Positions 9,472 through 19,891 of a DNA stretch of 64,000 nucleotides are shown in pieces; position 1 is the stretch's first letter; each line of letters starts with the position of its first letter. The stretch spans positions 310,001 through 374,000 of the forward strand of contig CBFFSA010000008.1 of the NCBI GenBank assembly GCA_965644495.1, written 5' to 3'. Below the pieces are notes generated by a model. It was not told the DNA's origin, made no database searches, and saw only the letters and a program-made list of their open reading frames with translations. This DNA comes from Perkinsela sp. CCAP 1560/9 (Eukaryota > Protista > Euglenozoa: Kinetoplastea). The translations under genes were made by a program, and so were the position numbers.

Positions 9472-11040
9472 CTAGAAATGAAATCGGGGTTGCTCAGCAC
9501 TCTGTCCCTCCGTGCTGGACTGCTCGAAGCCGTGTGCTTGAGATGGATCAGGTTCCATGTCGCCTCCTTCGCTCTCAAAATAATTCTCCAGTATTCCAAG
9601 GCACTGGTTGTATACATCATCGCTGTTATGACTTTGTAACTCATCTATCTTGCTAAGACCACCACATTCAATCACCTGTTGTGCATACATATTCGTACCC
9701 TCCACAACAGTACCGGTACGCACGTCCTTTCCTACGCGAAGTATGTTATCAAGTGCTTCCAGTGCCACCATAATAATCTTTGCATCAAATACGGAGAGCA
9801 GGTCGCAAAGAGGTGGAATGACATTCTGCGAAACTAAGTAGTGAATTTGCTCGTGAGTGCCTCCAGCCGTAAGATTGCTTACCGCCCAGGCAGCCTCCTT
9901 TCGTACCTCAAACTCGGAAGCGACAAGTTGTTTAATTACTGCGGGAATAAGCTCTGTCTCTATCACAGCCTGTATCTGCTCCCGAGTCCCCGCCGTAACA
10001 TTCGATATTGTCCAACAAACCTCCTTTCGAATGTTTCGCTTGCTGCTGGCCAAAAGGTAATGGAAGTTCGGCAGGGCACCTTGATTCACCACCGTTTGAG
10101 TCTGTGTGTCACTGCCTGTGACAATGTTCCCGATCGTTCGAATCGCGGGTGTTTGCAGTTGCGACTTGTTCGTTGCCAGAAGCGACACCAAGCGGGGGAC
10201 GGCACCACTTTCAATAACATTTTGGATGCGCTCATTCGGTCCATCACTCAGATAGCTCAGTGCCCAACATGCATCCGCAAGTACCTCATCATCATGGTGA
10301 TTTAATAACGAAACGAGCATCGGCATCAACACCCCCACCTTCTCCATATCCGGCACCGGTTTCCCGCGACACAGGTTCGACACCGCCCATATCGCATTCC
10401 GTACCATACTAATTTTTGTCCCGGGCTGGGCCACAATCCCCATCAGCGGACTCACCACCTCGAGACCTAGAATATAGTCCCGGCACCGCGCGCTGTCCCC
10501 GGCAATATTCCCCAGCGCCCACACGGACTGCTCCCGCACGTCCTCGTTCGGGGACGACAGCAGCTGCACGAACAGCGGCACCGCCCCGCTCTGGATCACC
10601 GCCATGGTGTGCTCGGAGGTCCCGGAGGCTACGTTGGTGAGGGCCCACGCGGCCTCGAACTGCAGCGTTGGGTTGTCGTGCTGGTGAAGGAACTCCACAA
10701 GCCGAGGCAACACCCCGGCGTGGATCACATTGTCAATCGGGGGGTTACTCTCCACAGAGAGCAGCTTGCGAATCAGCAACGTGCCTTTGCACTGTTCCTC
10801 GGTGTCGGTGCTATTCACGAGATGGACCATCTGGGGGAGTTGTTGTAGGAGTTTCTCCACGGACTCCGTGGTGTCGAGAGTCTCCTCGGCGGGTGGTTCC
10901 CCCGCTTTGCGACGCTTCTCCAGGAGGTCATCGCGTTTTTTAGTGCGTAGGGAAAGGGACATCTCTTCACGGCGCCGGGGTGCTCGATCAAGATCCACAC
11001 CTGCCTTGAGCGTTTTCTTTTTGTCTTGTCCTGCGAACAT
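9472..11040 (-). CDS. KPNA: Importin alpha (karyopherin alpha)
   Basis: IBB domain (RRREEMSLSLRTKKRDDLLEKRR) and ARM repeats (QFEAAWALTNVASG, WALGNIAGD); likely start MFAGQ. Confidence 0.97.
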   Translation of the reverse strand: MFAGQDKKKTLKAGVDLDRAPRRREEMSLSLRTKKRDDLLEKRRKAGEPPAEETLDTTESVEKLLQQLPQMVHLVNSTDTEEQCKGTLLIRKLLSVESNPPIDNVIHAGVLPRLVEFLHQHDNPTLQFEAAWALTNVASGTSEHTMAVIQSGAVPLFVQLLSSPNEDVREQSVWALGNIAGDSARCRDYILGLEVVSPLMGIVAQPGTKISMVRNAIWAVSNLCRGKPVPDMEKVGVLMPMLVSLLNHHDDEVLADACWALSYLSDGPNERIQNVIESGAVPRLVSLLATNKSQLQTPAIRTIGNIVTGSDTQTQTVVNQGALPNFHYLLASSKRNIRKEVCWTISNVTAGTREQIQAVIETELIPAVIKQLVASEFEVRKEAAWAVSNLTAGGTHEQIHYLVSQNVIPPLCDLLSVFDAKIIMVALEALDNILRVGKDVRTGTVVEGTNMYAQQVIECGGLSKIDELQSHNSDDVYNQCLGILENYFESEGGDMEPDPSQAHGFEQSSTEGQSAEQPRFHF

Positions 11041-11174
11041 AAAGAGAGGTGGGGTAAGGAAAGAAGTATAGATTCTAGAATTAAGATGTTTCGTCACGAA
11101 TCCTATGGTATCATTTTATCCAATGTTAGATTACATACTCTGCATAATTATGATTCAGAGGATACGTCTACTCA

Positions 11175-12161
11175 CTACGATTGCGTAGACATGATCTTGC
11201 GATTGCCGAGTTCGTTAAGAAATGACGATAAATAGTCATAGTAACCACCACATCGCTCCATCCAACGCAACAAGATTCTGTTGAAAACTGTGGCTGTCGG
11301 TGGACAACATTGAGGCATACAAAAATGGGTGTGCACACTTTGTATCGGCTTCCCTGAATAAAGTATTTTGGTGACAGACTTTGCAGTCGTGGTTGACAAT
11401 TTTCCATTAGTGGTCGTCTGTAAAGAAAACTTCTTTATCGTCTTCATGGGATCTGAACTTTGAAACAACCTCCAGTAGCCAAAATTACACTCCAAAGGCG
11501 CTGTCCATAAAAGTGGAGATTCCACACCTTTGCTGCATTCGGATGCAACGTTTTCCAACGCAGCTTGGTCATAATAACGCGAGTTGTGCGTGTAAGTACG
11601 CCACCGACTCGGAAGATCGCTGTCATTCGTAAACACCCACCCGCCGTTGTACTTCCCGAAAAGAATTTCATCTTCTGTGCGGATGCTGTGCGGCGAAAGC
11701 CCAATAACTTTTTTGTCACTATTCATCTCTGCGTCGTAGTGCGGTAAAGGATCAAGGAGGACTACATCAGAGTCAAGCCACAGTGTATTCGCGTGATGCT
11801 TCAGTGCTAACGACATGGCAGTAGCTTTTTCCATCATGAAGTCCTCATGTTGTGTGCGGTAAATACGTCCAGGTGTAATTTCCATTCGTTTTCGATTAAT
11901 CGCGCCGTATTTGTCTAAGAATGAAAAGAAGAATGTATTATTGCCTTCCAAATTCAATCTGGTATCCTTTTTGGATGCCCAAAATTCGCGCGCTTGAACC
12001 TCCAATGCCGTTGTGCATAATACGAATAACGACAATTTAGGTTGGTAATGTCGCAACGCATGATGAAACAGCAAGAATTCATCTATGCATTCTATAGTGG
12101 ATATTGTGCAAACGCTTTCGATTCCCACTACGATATGGCATAAGTATGATTTACTAAACAT
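11175..12161 (-). CDS. GT-A fold glycosyltransferase (nucleotide-diphospho-sugar transferase-like)
   Basis: TLWLDSDVVLL (DxD), YNGGWVF, YDQAALE. Confidence 0.7.
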   Translation of the reverse strand: MFSKSYLCHIVVGIESVCTISTIECIDEFLLFHHALRHYQPKLSLFVLCTTALEVQAREFWASKKDTRLNLEGNNTFFFSFLDKYGAINRKRMEITPGRIYRTQHEDFMMEKATAMSLALKHHANTLWLDSDVVLLDPLPHYDAEMNSDKKVIGLSPHSIRTEDEILFGKYNGGWVFTNDSDLPSRWRTYTHNSRYYDQAALENVASECSKGVESPLLWTAPLECNFGYWRLFQSSDPMKTIKKFSLQTTTNGKLSTTTAKSVTKILYSGKPIQSVHTHFCMPQCCPPTATVFNRILLRWMERCGGYYDYLSSFLNELGNRKIMSTQS

Positions 12162-13461
12162 GAAGGCAATATGTGTGCGTGTATGCATACACGTATGAAA
12201 GTTCACGTAAAGAATTCTGATATCACACTTGTAATCAACTGCTACACTGTATACTGTACTGTAACTACTATACAGTACCTGTATTTGTTTTAGTGTAGGT
12301 CAATTCAAGTTTCATTACTAAAGGGGGTTTTTCTTCTTTACTAAAAATATGCGGTGGGTGACTTTATGCTGTCCACGAGGACTGTAACAATGCCGATCAC
12401 GGTGATGTGCACCCTTGTTATTGGAATAAGCCCGTTTCTGTGACATAACGCGGCGGAAAGATAAAAAATAGAAGGAAAATACCTAAAAGAACGAAAAAAT
12501 CGATGAAATTGAAGAAAATTGCAAGTTCCGAAGACTTACTTTTTTGTCCAAAATAAAAACATTTAAAAACACTGGAAACGCAATAGCAGGTGACACTTAT
12601 CTCTGCAAGAGCTCTCGAATGCGGGGCTACTTTCCAAAATTGGATAATTTATACGATTTTTGACCCCCCCCATATTTTCGTGCCACCCCATGTATGTTAG
12701 ACATACTAAATCTATATCTATAAATTATTGTTGTATCTTCTGGTTCTATACATTTTATACGATACATAAGTTCTGTCTCTTAATAACCACTCGGGTATTT
12801 TTAAAACGCGCTTGTAGAAAAATCCGTCTCTGATGATGAAGAACTCCATGGCTACATGTTACGAATACTTTCCTTGACACGGGTTCTCTGAACACAGTCG
12901 CAAACCGTATGAATTTTGCATTGCATTTCGCCTGCGCGCATTATTTTTCCTCCTTTCTTCTGTCGAATACGGTATCCCACACGAAAATTTCCGCAACGAC
13001 GCGAATCTCCAGCTTTATGTTTTCGAACACCCGAATTTTTAAGTGTTCGCGCGTTTGAAGGGCTTGAGTTTTGCGCCCGTTTTCGGATCCGAGCCTTCCA
13101 CTTCTTTGCCATTTTGGCCAATAATCCGTGTTTTCTCACATACGAATAAGATTCACTTATTTAAACGGAAAGCAAGAAGTAGAATACAATTTCTTTTGAA
13201 CACGAAACGAGCAATGCAAGAATAATACGAAAGTGTAATACGATAACGAAAGAGTAATACAAGAGTAATACAATAGAAGCCCAATCTTAAGAATAAGTAT
13301 CCCAAGAATTGGTATAACGTTTCCCGGTCCTGTATTACAACGAACGTTTAGAGATTCCAGCAACATTCAAGACTCCTGATAAGAGCGTAGTCAAATGGAA
13401 TATTTTTCTGAATGAGCGAGTCCCTTCATCACTGGTGGACTCCATCAGTGAGCAATACGAA

Positions 13462-14613
13462 TTATACTGACCAGCTTTCAATGCGAAGATGAATAATTCC
13501 CCACTCTTCGTAAAAAAACTTAAAAAGAATTTGAGTTGCGCGACTTATATTACTGATACTCTTTCGAGTAGACTGATTTTCCTGTGTGACGAAGCGGTAG
13601 AATCGGCTCAATAATTGGACGGTTCGTAAAAGTCGTGGGGTTAAATATTCAAAGACAACAAAATCGGTCTCTATACATGACGTAATTCGTTTCGTTTCCA
13701 TGAAATAGTCGCTCAGCGCGTTTGTAGTATGCAAAGCTGGACGAAGGAAACAGTGAGGATTTGAGATTTCATGATTACGTTGAGATTCCTCAAATTTCGA
13801 TTCCGAAAATTTGGAATCAAGTAAAACTTGACGAAAGAAAGACGAATACTTTACATTATTATCATAATGAAGCACCGAAGAATGTACATGCAGTGCCTCA
13901 TCAATCTGGCATGAAGGGTATTTATTCGTACTACGCTGAAAAGAGCCCAATTTCGAAGGACTGCGAGTGACACACGCGCGAAGTCGATACAAACGAGCAT
14001 TACGAGGCTTTAAGGCTGATGGTAAAATTAATCCGAGCCTTTGTGACGTAATAGAAGGATTCTGTAGCATCATATTAAAAGCCGATGAATGGGTATTCAA
14101 TGTGTTCCCTTCAACGCGCGTCGTTGAATCCACCAGAAACTGGTTCTTGGTAACAAAAGAAGTATACCTCTCTGCAAGTTGAATATACGGATGCGTTCCA
14201 CCTGTTAAACATGCATTTTTGTCTCTTGTTGTAAAATATTCTGCAAAGGATATGTGCTCTGCAAGGTTCATAACACGTAGAAGCAGACGAGCAGAGGAAG
14301 ATCCCAGCGAACGAAGATCAGAAATGTAACTCGCCTGGAGAACAACTGAACGTAGTTCTTTATGAAAATCGCTCAAGGAAGAAAGTTGGAAAGGATCGAC
14401 AAAGTACTCAAGTGCTGCAAACAAAATATCGCAGATAAGGTCAGCATAATTCTCATAAAAGAAACCCTGCAGCACATTGTTTATTTCACGATACGAACCA
14501 GAATCTGTAACTCGATAGGTCCTGTATAGATTTTTGAGCTGATAGTGACAAAATGAAACAACCGCACAAAGTGCATGGCGAAGGGTTGGAGGATTTAGTA
14601 CATGATTCGACAT
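13462..14613 (-). CDS. Hypothetical protein
   Basis: 383-aa ORF on the cluster strand; no motif recognised. Confidence 0.7.
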   Translation of the reverse strand: MSNHVLNPPTLRHALCAVVSFCHYQLKNLYRTYRVTDSGSYREINNVLQGFFYENYADLICDILFAALEYFVDPFQLSSLSDFHKELRSVVLQASYISDLRSLGSSSARLLLRVMNLAEHISFAEYFTTRDKNACLTGGTHPYIQLAERYTSFVTKNQFLVDSTTRVEGNTLNTHSSAFNMMLQNPSITSQRLGLILPSALKPRNARLYRLRACVTRSPSKLGSFQRSTNKYPSCQIDEALHVHSSVLHYDNNVKYSSFFRQVLLDSKFSESKFEESQRNHEISNPHCFLRPALHTTNALSDYFMETKRITSCIETDFVVFEYLTPRLLRTVQLLSRFYRFVTQENQSTRKSISNISRATQILFKFFYEEWGIIHLRIESWSV

Positions 14614-15136
14614 AAAACTAACGCCATCACAAGAGAATTATGCCGTGAAACACAAGGACGTCGACAGATACCTCCTCGCGGCGATCCCCAAGAAAGCTAT
14701 GTTGTTCATAAACTATGTTTTAAACAATAAGTGGAATAATTAGAAATTTGATTTGTTATTTTGTTTCATACGTAGCACCATCCTATCAATGCTATAAAGG
14801 ACCTTAGAAAATGTTTCCTTCTTTGAAAAGCATTTTATAGAAAATACCACCTGTACAAGAACAAAGTAATATAATATAAGTTTTAAAATGTGTAGCATTC
14901 AGTTAAATATTTACTGAATGATACACATTTTTTTCCTTAAGCACGTCATAAATTCCTTTGGCTTAATTACACACAATATAGTTAATAGTATCTGGACTGT
15001 GTTGTTTACAGCTGCACATTAAGAAATGAGACCCCGACTACAGAAATTGCAACACATCCAGAATATGCCCTACAAGAACATTTTAACGAAGTTGCGTTCG
15101 ATTTAAAGAAAAAAATTGGGTTCAATCATGAAAATA

Positions 15137-15361
15137 TTAATCTGAATCGTTTAACGCACTCTCAGAGTCCATGGCTTCACATTTGCTTCGTACGCGATCC
15201 CACATTTCTTTTTGTGTGTGTCCAGCATTTGCTGCCATAAAGCCCTTGTCAACAACATCGTACATAGCGACGCGATATGCGAAAGGCAGGGTGACTATCA
15301 AAAACATCCGTACATAACCTACCCCGAATACGTTGTGAAAGACCGACCGCCAGATAGTCAT
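15137..15361 (-). CDS. Small single-TM protein, cytochrome bc1 subunit 9 (QCR9)-like
   Basis: 74 aa; hydrophobic segment followed by N.G....W..VR and an acidic tail, like QCR9/UQCR10. Confidence 0.5.
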   Translation of the reverse strand: MTIWRSVFHNVFGVGYVRMFLIVTLPFAYRVAMYDVVDKGFMAANAGHTQKEMWDRVRSKCEAMDSESALNDSD

Positions 15362-15725
15362 AAAGTAAAGTGAATTACCTCCTATTGTATGGAGTAGATA
15401 AAGTGAAACTATCTCCTGTCGTATAGAGTATACATCTAAATCTTATATACATCTGTATATTTTCTACGACCAGCATGAACGGATTTCAATTTGAATAGAC
15501 CACACTCCACGTTTCTATGTGTAAGCATTCTGCGAAAACGCTTAACTGCAATCTAAACGTATGCGCTATAGATAACATAAAGAGCTCACGAAATTTACAA
15601 CATGCGTATTACATACAAAAACTAGTAGAATAGTTCAGAATATAATGAGACGAAAGTTAGCGAACCGAGCTGCATTATTCAAGCGATAGATGCAAAATTG
15701 TAAAACGAACTAAAAGTGGGCTCCG

Positions 15726-16166
15726 CTACTTCGAGACTTCTCCGAATTTTTCTTTGCGTGCTCGAATACGTTCTTCACTCATTTCGGGATCAGGATTTGT
15801 GTTAAATTTTTTACGACGAGCGGCAATGCGTTCAGACGTCATGGCTTCTGCGAGAGAGACATTGCTATCAGTGGGATCATCATTATGTATTGGGGTGGCA
15901 CTCTTCAAAGTTCCGAATTTATACATTCGCCTCAAAACTCTTTCTGCTTCCGAGTCGGGCGGAACGGGATTATTTCCCAAATCACAGTGTTCGCGGAGCT
16001 CTGGGGACAGCGACTCCGCAAGAGAGTTAATAGTGTGTATTGTGACTCCTTGATCCGGTTCAAAAGTAGCAGGTGGGATCCAAGTGAAAGGCTTCGGAAC
16101 ACCACTCTTCGGTGTCTCCTCCGGAACGTTAGTGGTTATTACTCGGCGTAGACGGGCAAGATCCAT
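15726..16166 (-). CDS. Small protein with Tho1/SARNP-like C-terminal repeats
   Basis: RRMYKFG, ERIAARRKKF and ERIRARKEKFG resemble the R..RFG DDX39-binding repeats. Confidence 0.45.
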   Translation of the reverse strand: MDLARLRRVITTNVPEETPKSGVPKPFTWIPPATFEPDQGVTIHTINSLAESLSPELREHCDLGNNPVPPDSEAERVLRRMYKFGTLKSATPIHNDDPTDSNVSLAEAMTSERIAARRKKFNTNPDPEMSEERIRARKEKFGEVSK

Positions 16167-16404
16167 GAAGTAATACAATAAATGAAATGAGAAATACTGG
16201 TGCGACATTACTGGTGTAATGAAATATGAGTCCCATACAATAGTGATAGAAATACTTCTGGGGATATGAAAATCTGTTGCTTTTAAATCGTAAAATAGAT
16301 AATAACGCATTGGTTCCTGAAGCTCTAAGAGACTGAGTTTTGTGTGAGGACCCGGTTTTTGGGAACCATGAGATGCACAAAAAATGAACGACGGAAGTAA
16401 GATA

Positions 16405-16770
16405 TCATTGACTTGCGTCTTGCGTAGTAGCTCTTCTGTGCTGCCTAGGTTTAGCAGAATCTAAGTCAAATCCTACATACGCGGCCGTCTTTCGTACTCT
16501 TTCCATATCAGATTGTTTCTGTCCATATCGACTGTGCTGGTTTCGCAAGTCGGCAATACACTCTCGTAAAAACGTGTAATGAGAACCGCGAAGAAATGAA
16601 CTGTTATATTCTGGAGAAATGGGCATGCACGTCTCTTGACGTACGTCCTTGCCTCCTTGTTCAAGTCCTTCTTTTTCGTCCGGATGCAACGTTTCCTTTG
16701 CTTTCTCCTGGAGTTCAGCAAATGGAATATTAACAGGGACGCGGCAACGCAACAGTCTGAAACGGAACAT
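16405..16770 (-). CDS. Hypothetical protein, probably mitochondrial
   Basis: 121 aa with an MFRFRLLR presequence-like N-terminus. Confidence 0.65.
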   Translation of the reverse strand: MFRFRLLRCRVPVNIPFAELQEKAKETLHPDEKEGLEQGGKDVRQETCMPISPEYNSSFLRGSHYTFLRECIADLRNQHSRYGQKQSDMERVRKTAAYVGFDLDSAKPRQHRRATTQDASQ

Positions 16771-17110
16771 TTACCTAAAATCTATCAAGCGTAGTAGTGT
16801 GCTACACACATTGATATTTCTATGACAGACACTAAAAGCGGCTCAGAACGAGCTGTAAAAGGTGATGAAAAAGTGCATTGTACAATGATAGTAGTACTGC
16901 AACCATCATAGGGGTGTAAAAAGCGGTTCTTTTAATAAATATTAGCAAGTGATACTTGATAAACTTTTTAGTCGCGGCTGCCAAAGAATTGGTGCTTTTC
17001 AGAATTGTAACCTTGCAGGACGGTAACCTTGCAGAGGAATATCAACAATAATATCAATATTATTTAGACAGTATTTCCAGAGAAAGCATGTAGAGTTGTC
17101 GTTTACCTCT

Positions 17111-18583
17111 TCAGTCTAACTCGCGTTCGATAAATGCTCTAAGAGTGCTGTCATGGTACCCATGCAGTCGTGCAGTTTCGGTGAGATTATAGAGAGGTGA
17201 TGGATCAAAAGGAAACCATTGCAGACGACTCTTGATGGTTTCTTGATCAGTGTCCAAAGAGTACTCGTTTTCGTTAGAAACCATGTTGCCAAAGTGACGT
17301 TTCGTTATGGAAGGGGCCAGAATTCGCCAATTTATGCGTCCCCAAAATCTTTTATCGGTGTTAGGAAAGATTTTCCCTAAGTCTTTACGACTCTCTGAAT
17401 CTATTTCAGGGTGTGTTTCGTTTGAGCTTAAGTACAAATAACTTTGAACAGCTGCAGCCAAGGTACCAGCCGGGCCCTTCGATTCATTTGTCCATTGTAT
17501 AGAGCTTGTCAAGTCGTAAAACCATTGTGCACTTTTTTGCAAAGAATCATGTGTCACGTGTGGAGATCGCATTAAAAATGATGAAAGAAAAAGTAGATAA
17601 TTTTGTGCCTGATAAAAAGAGCACTGTTGCAAGCTTTTTAGTACCGAGAGTTTTAGCTGTTTTATCAAAGCCGACGGATGAAGAAAGACGGTACTCAGGC
17701 AGACATGCATTGCAACAAAGTCTTTTGATGCGTCTGATGCAGCAATCGCAGGGAGCAAGTCGAGTGCAGCGAGTGAAAGACTGCGGCGCAAAGAGGAGTG
17801 ATTCAACACGGTAAGCACCAGTTTTGTGGAAAGATTATCCAGGCACTGTGCATCACGATAGGAGATACATTCGTGCTCAATATTCAAAAAGAATTCCCAT
17901 ACAAGTTTTGAGATTTCAAACGCGGTACAACGAACATCTGTGCTTGAGTTACCAACAGTGAGCTGTGATGTCGAGCTAAGTTTTATTTTCTTTCTGAGCC
18001 ATAACTCGTCAGGACAATGGGAAGAACCATGTTTCCCAAGGCAAACATTTTTTTCATATTCCAAAAATCTGATTAAAGTACTAACCAGAGTTTCAATTTG
18101 CAACAGGTATTGAGTTTTCGAAGAGTGTCGAGTACTTATTACGAAATTTCGCAGGTAGCTCATTGCATCTTTTGACACTATACTATTTTCATGAATTCTC
18201 ATCTTTAAAAATATATTAGCAAGACAATCGCTAAGACGGATTCGAACTTGTGCTAACCTTTGCGAGTCAATTATTTGACCATGCAAGCGCGTTACCTCAT
18301 CCACCTGCAGTTCTTTAACACCAGAAAGTACTTGTTCCAAAATGCTTCGATAAATATCAACTCGCAAGAGCAACGCGCTGCTACATAATTGCTGTATTGA
18401 CATCAAAAAGCTATTCACGTCATCTGGATCTAAGAGATTGAGGGTGCTCCATGGCAAAGCTGATAGGTTAGGAGTGTAAGATTCGTCCTCCGTCATATTT
18501 TTTGCAGCAGCCCGTCGTTGTATTTCAGTTTCTACGTTTTGTACCCATTCAAGGACATCATGAAGAGGTATTTTCGAAGCCAT
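17111..18583 (-). CDS. RRN3: RRN3/TIF-IA-like Pol I initiation factor (divergent)
   Basis: Ordered helical motifs LPW..QLCSS, YLLFLSSFLMRS, AAAVQSYLYL and C-terminal WFPFDP match the RRN3 family pattern. Confidence 0.6.
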   Translation of the reverse strand: MASKIPLHDVLEWVQNVETEIQRRAAAKNMTEDESYTPNLSALPWSTLNLLDPDDVNSFLMSIQQLCSSALLLRVDIYRSILEQVLSGVKELQVDEVTRLHGQIIDSQRLAQVRIRLSDCLANIFLKMRIHENSIVSKDAMSYLRNFVISTRHSSKTQYLLQIETLVSTLIRFLEYEKNVCLGKHGSSHCPDELWLRKKIKLSSTSQLTVGNSSTDVRCTAFEISKLVWEFFLNIEHECISYRDAQCLDNLSTKLVLTVLNHSSLRRSLSLAALDLLPAIAASDASKDFVAMHVCLSTVFLHPSALIKQLKLSVLKSLQQCSFYQAQNYLLFLSSFLMRSPHVTHDSLQKSAQWFYDLTSSIQWTNESKGPAGTLAAAVQSYLYLSSNETHPEIDSESRKDLGKIFPNTDKRFWGRINWRILAPSITKRHFGNMVSNENEYSLDTDQETIKSRLQWFPFDPSPLYNLTETARLHGYHDSTLRAFIERELD

Positions 18584-18893
18584 CGAACAATTTGAGATAA
18601 CGTTTCAGGGGACTTACAAGCCCATTATTGGAAGAATGATGTAATAAAATAATTGGCCAAGTATTAAAATTTTTATACCCCCCAGATCGGACTGATCCCC
18701 CCTGTATATCACTGTGCAGCACATCATTGCGTTCCTACACAAATTGCTGTGTAATACCTACACAGCGTACCTATCTAGCGTATACTCTAGATACGCTATT
18801 ATACATTTCCCTCAACTTTCTTTGAACTACTAGCAGCAGCTCCTACCTAAAGAGGCTAATGCGCCCCCTTTACTAAAGTTCATAGAAACACCT

Positions 18894-19679
18894 TTACAAG
18901 AAGACAATGTTCTTCCACTCTTTTGGTACCGTGCAAGAAAGCTGGTTGGCACTCAAATCAATAGAAAAACATTCTTGAGGAGGAAAGTCATCCAGAAAAA
19001 TGACTTCACCATCGAATGCGTTGTGCGAGAGGTCAATTTGCATCACGGTTTCGGGTAGATTGGCAAATGTGAGATCACCTTGTAACGCGTTATGATCGAG
19101 AAACAACTGCTGTAGAACAGGGGGTAAAGACGAAACAATAATGGAACCATTCAGACGATTGTTGTTTACGCTAATGCATTGTAACGCAGCCGGCAGAGAT
19201 GAGAGATCAATTGACCCAGTAATGTCGTTGTGTGAAACAAAAAGCCGCTCTAAAGGCGGCGGCAGGGTCTGTAGATCTAAACTGCCGCTAAAACGATTTC
19301 TTTGTAGTAAACATCGGTACATTTGAGGCGGAAGAGAAGTAAGATCTGTGTTCCCAATAAACTTGTTGCAGTGCAATGTTAATGCTACAAGAAACGATGG
19401 AAGTGCATCGAGAAAAGCATTCCCACTTAATTCGTTGTTGTCCAAATGAAGTTTCAACAGAGTGGAAGGTAATAGTGACCACGTAATGTTGCCTTTCAGA
19501 TCCATAGAACTCCAGTTAATTTGTGTGATTACCGTCCCATTGCTACAAGAGATTCCTTTCCACTTACATTGAGGTGTTTTCTTCGTCCACGAAGAATGCT
19601 TTTTGTACAACAGAGAAACTATGTGTGCCAATGCCGCTTCTTGAGATATCAGAGAAGCGCTGACCTTCTTCGGCCGCAT
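18894..19679 (-). CDS. Leucine-rich repeat protein
   Basis: CKWKGISC cap followed by LxLxxNxLxGxxxLxxLP repeats. Confidence 0.92.
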   Translation of the reverse strand: MRPKKVSASLISQEAALAHIVSLLYKKHSSWTKKTPQCKWKGISCSNGTVITQINWSSMDLKGNITWSLLPSTLLKLHLDNNELSGNAFLDALPSFLVALTLHCNKFIGNTDLTSLPPQMYRCLLQRNRFSGSLDLQTLPPPLERLFVSHNDITGSIDLSSLPAALQCISVNNNRLNGSIIVSSLPPVLQQLFLDHNALQGDLTFANLPETVMQIDLSHNAFDGEVIFLDDFPPQECFSIDLSANQLSCTVPKEWKNIVFL

Positions 19680-19891
19680 TTTGTCATGGGTTTGTAGTGT
19701 GAACAGTGGCCAAGATCCAAGAAGACCAAGACAGAACATCATGTAAAAATATGGTTAGTATACGTATGAAATATAGACCAAACCAATATTTAGTTATTGA
19801 TAGTAATGCTCTCTTACTCGGGTAAATAAACTGATTCATGAATATAGTGCAACACGAAAACTGATTAGCTATCCGATCAGCTGGGGTTTTA

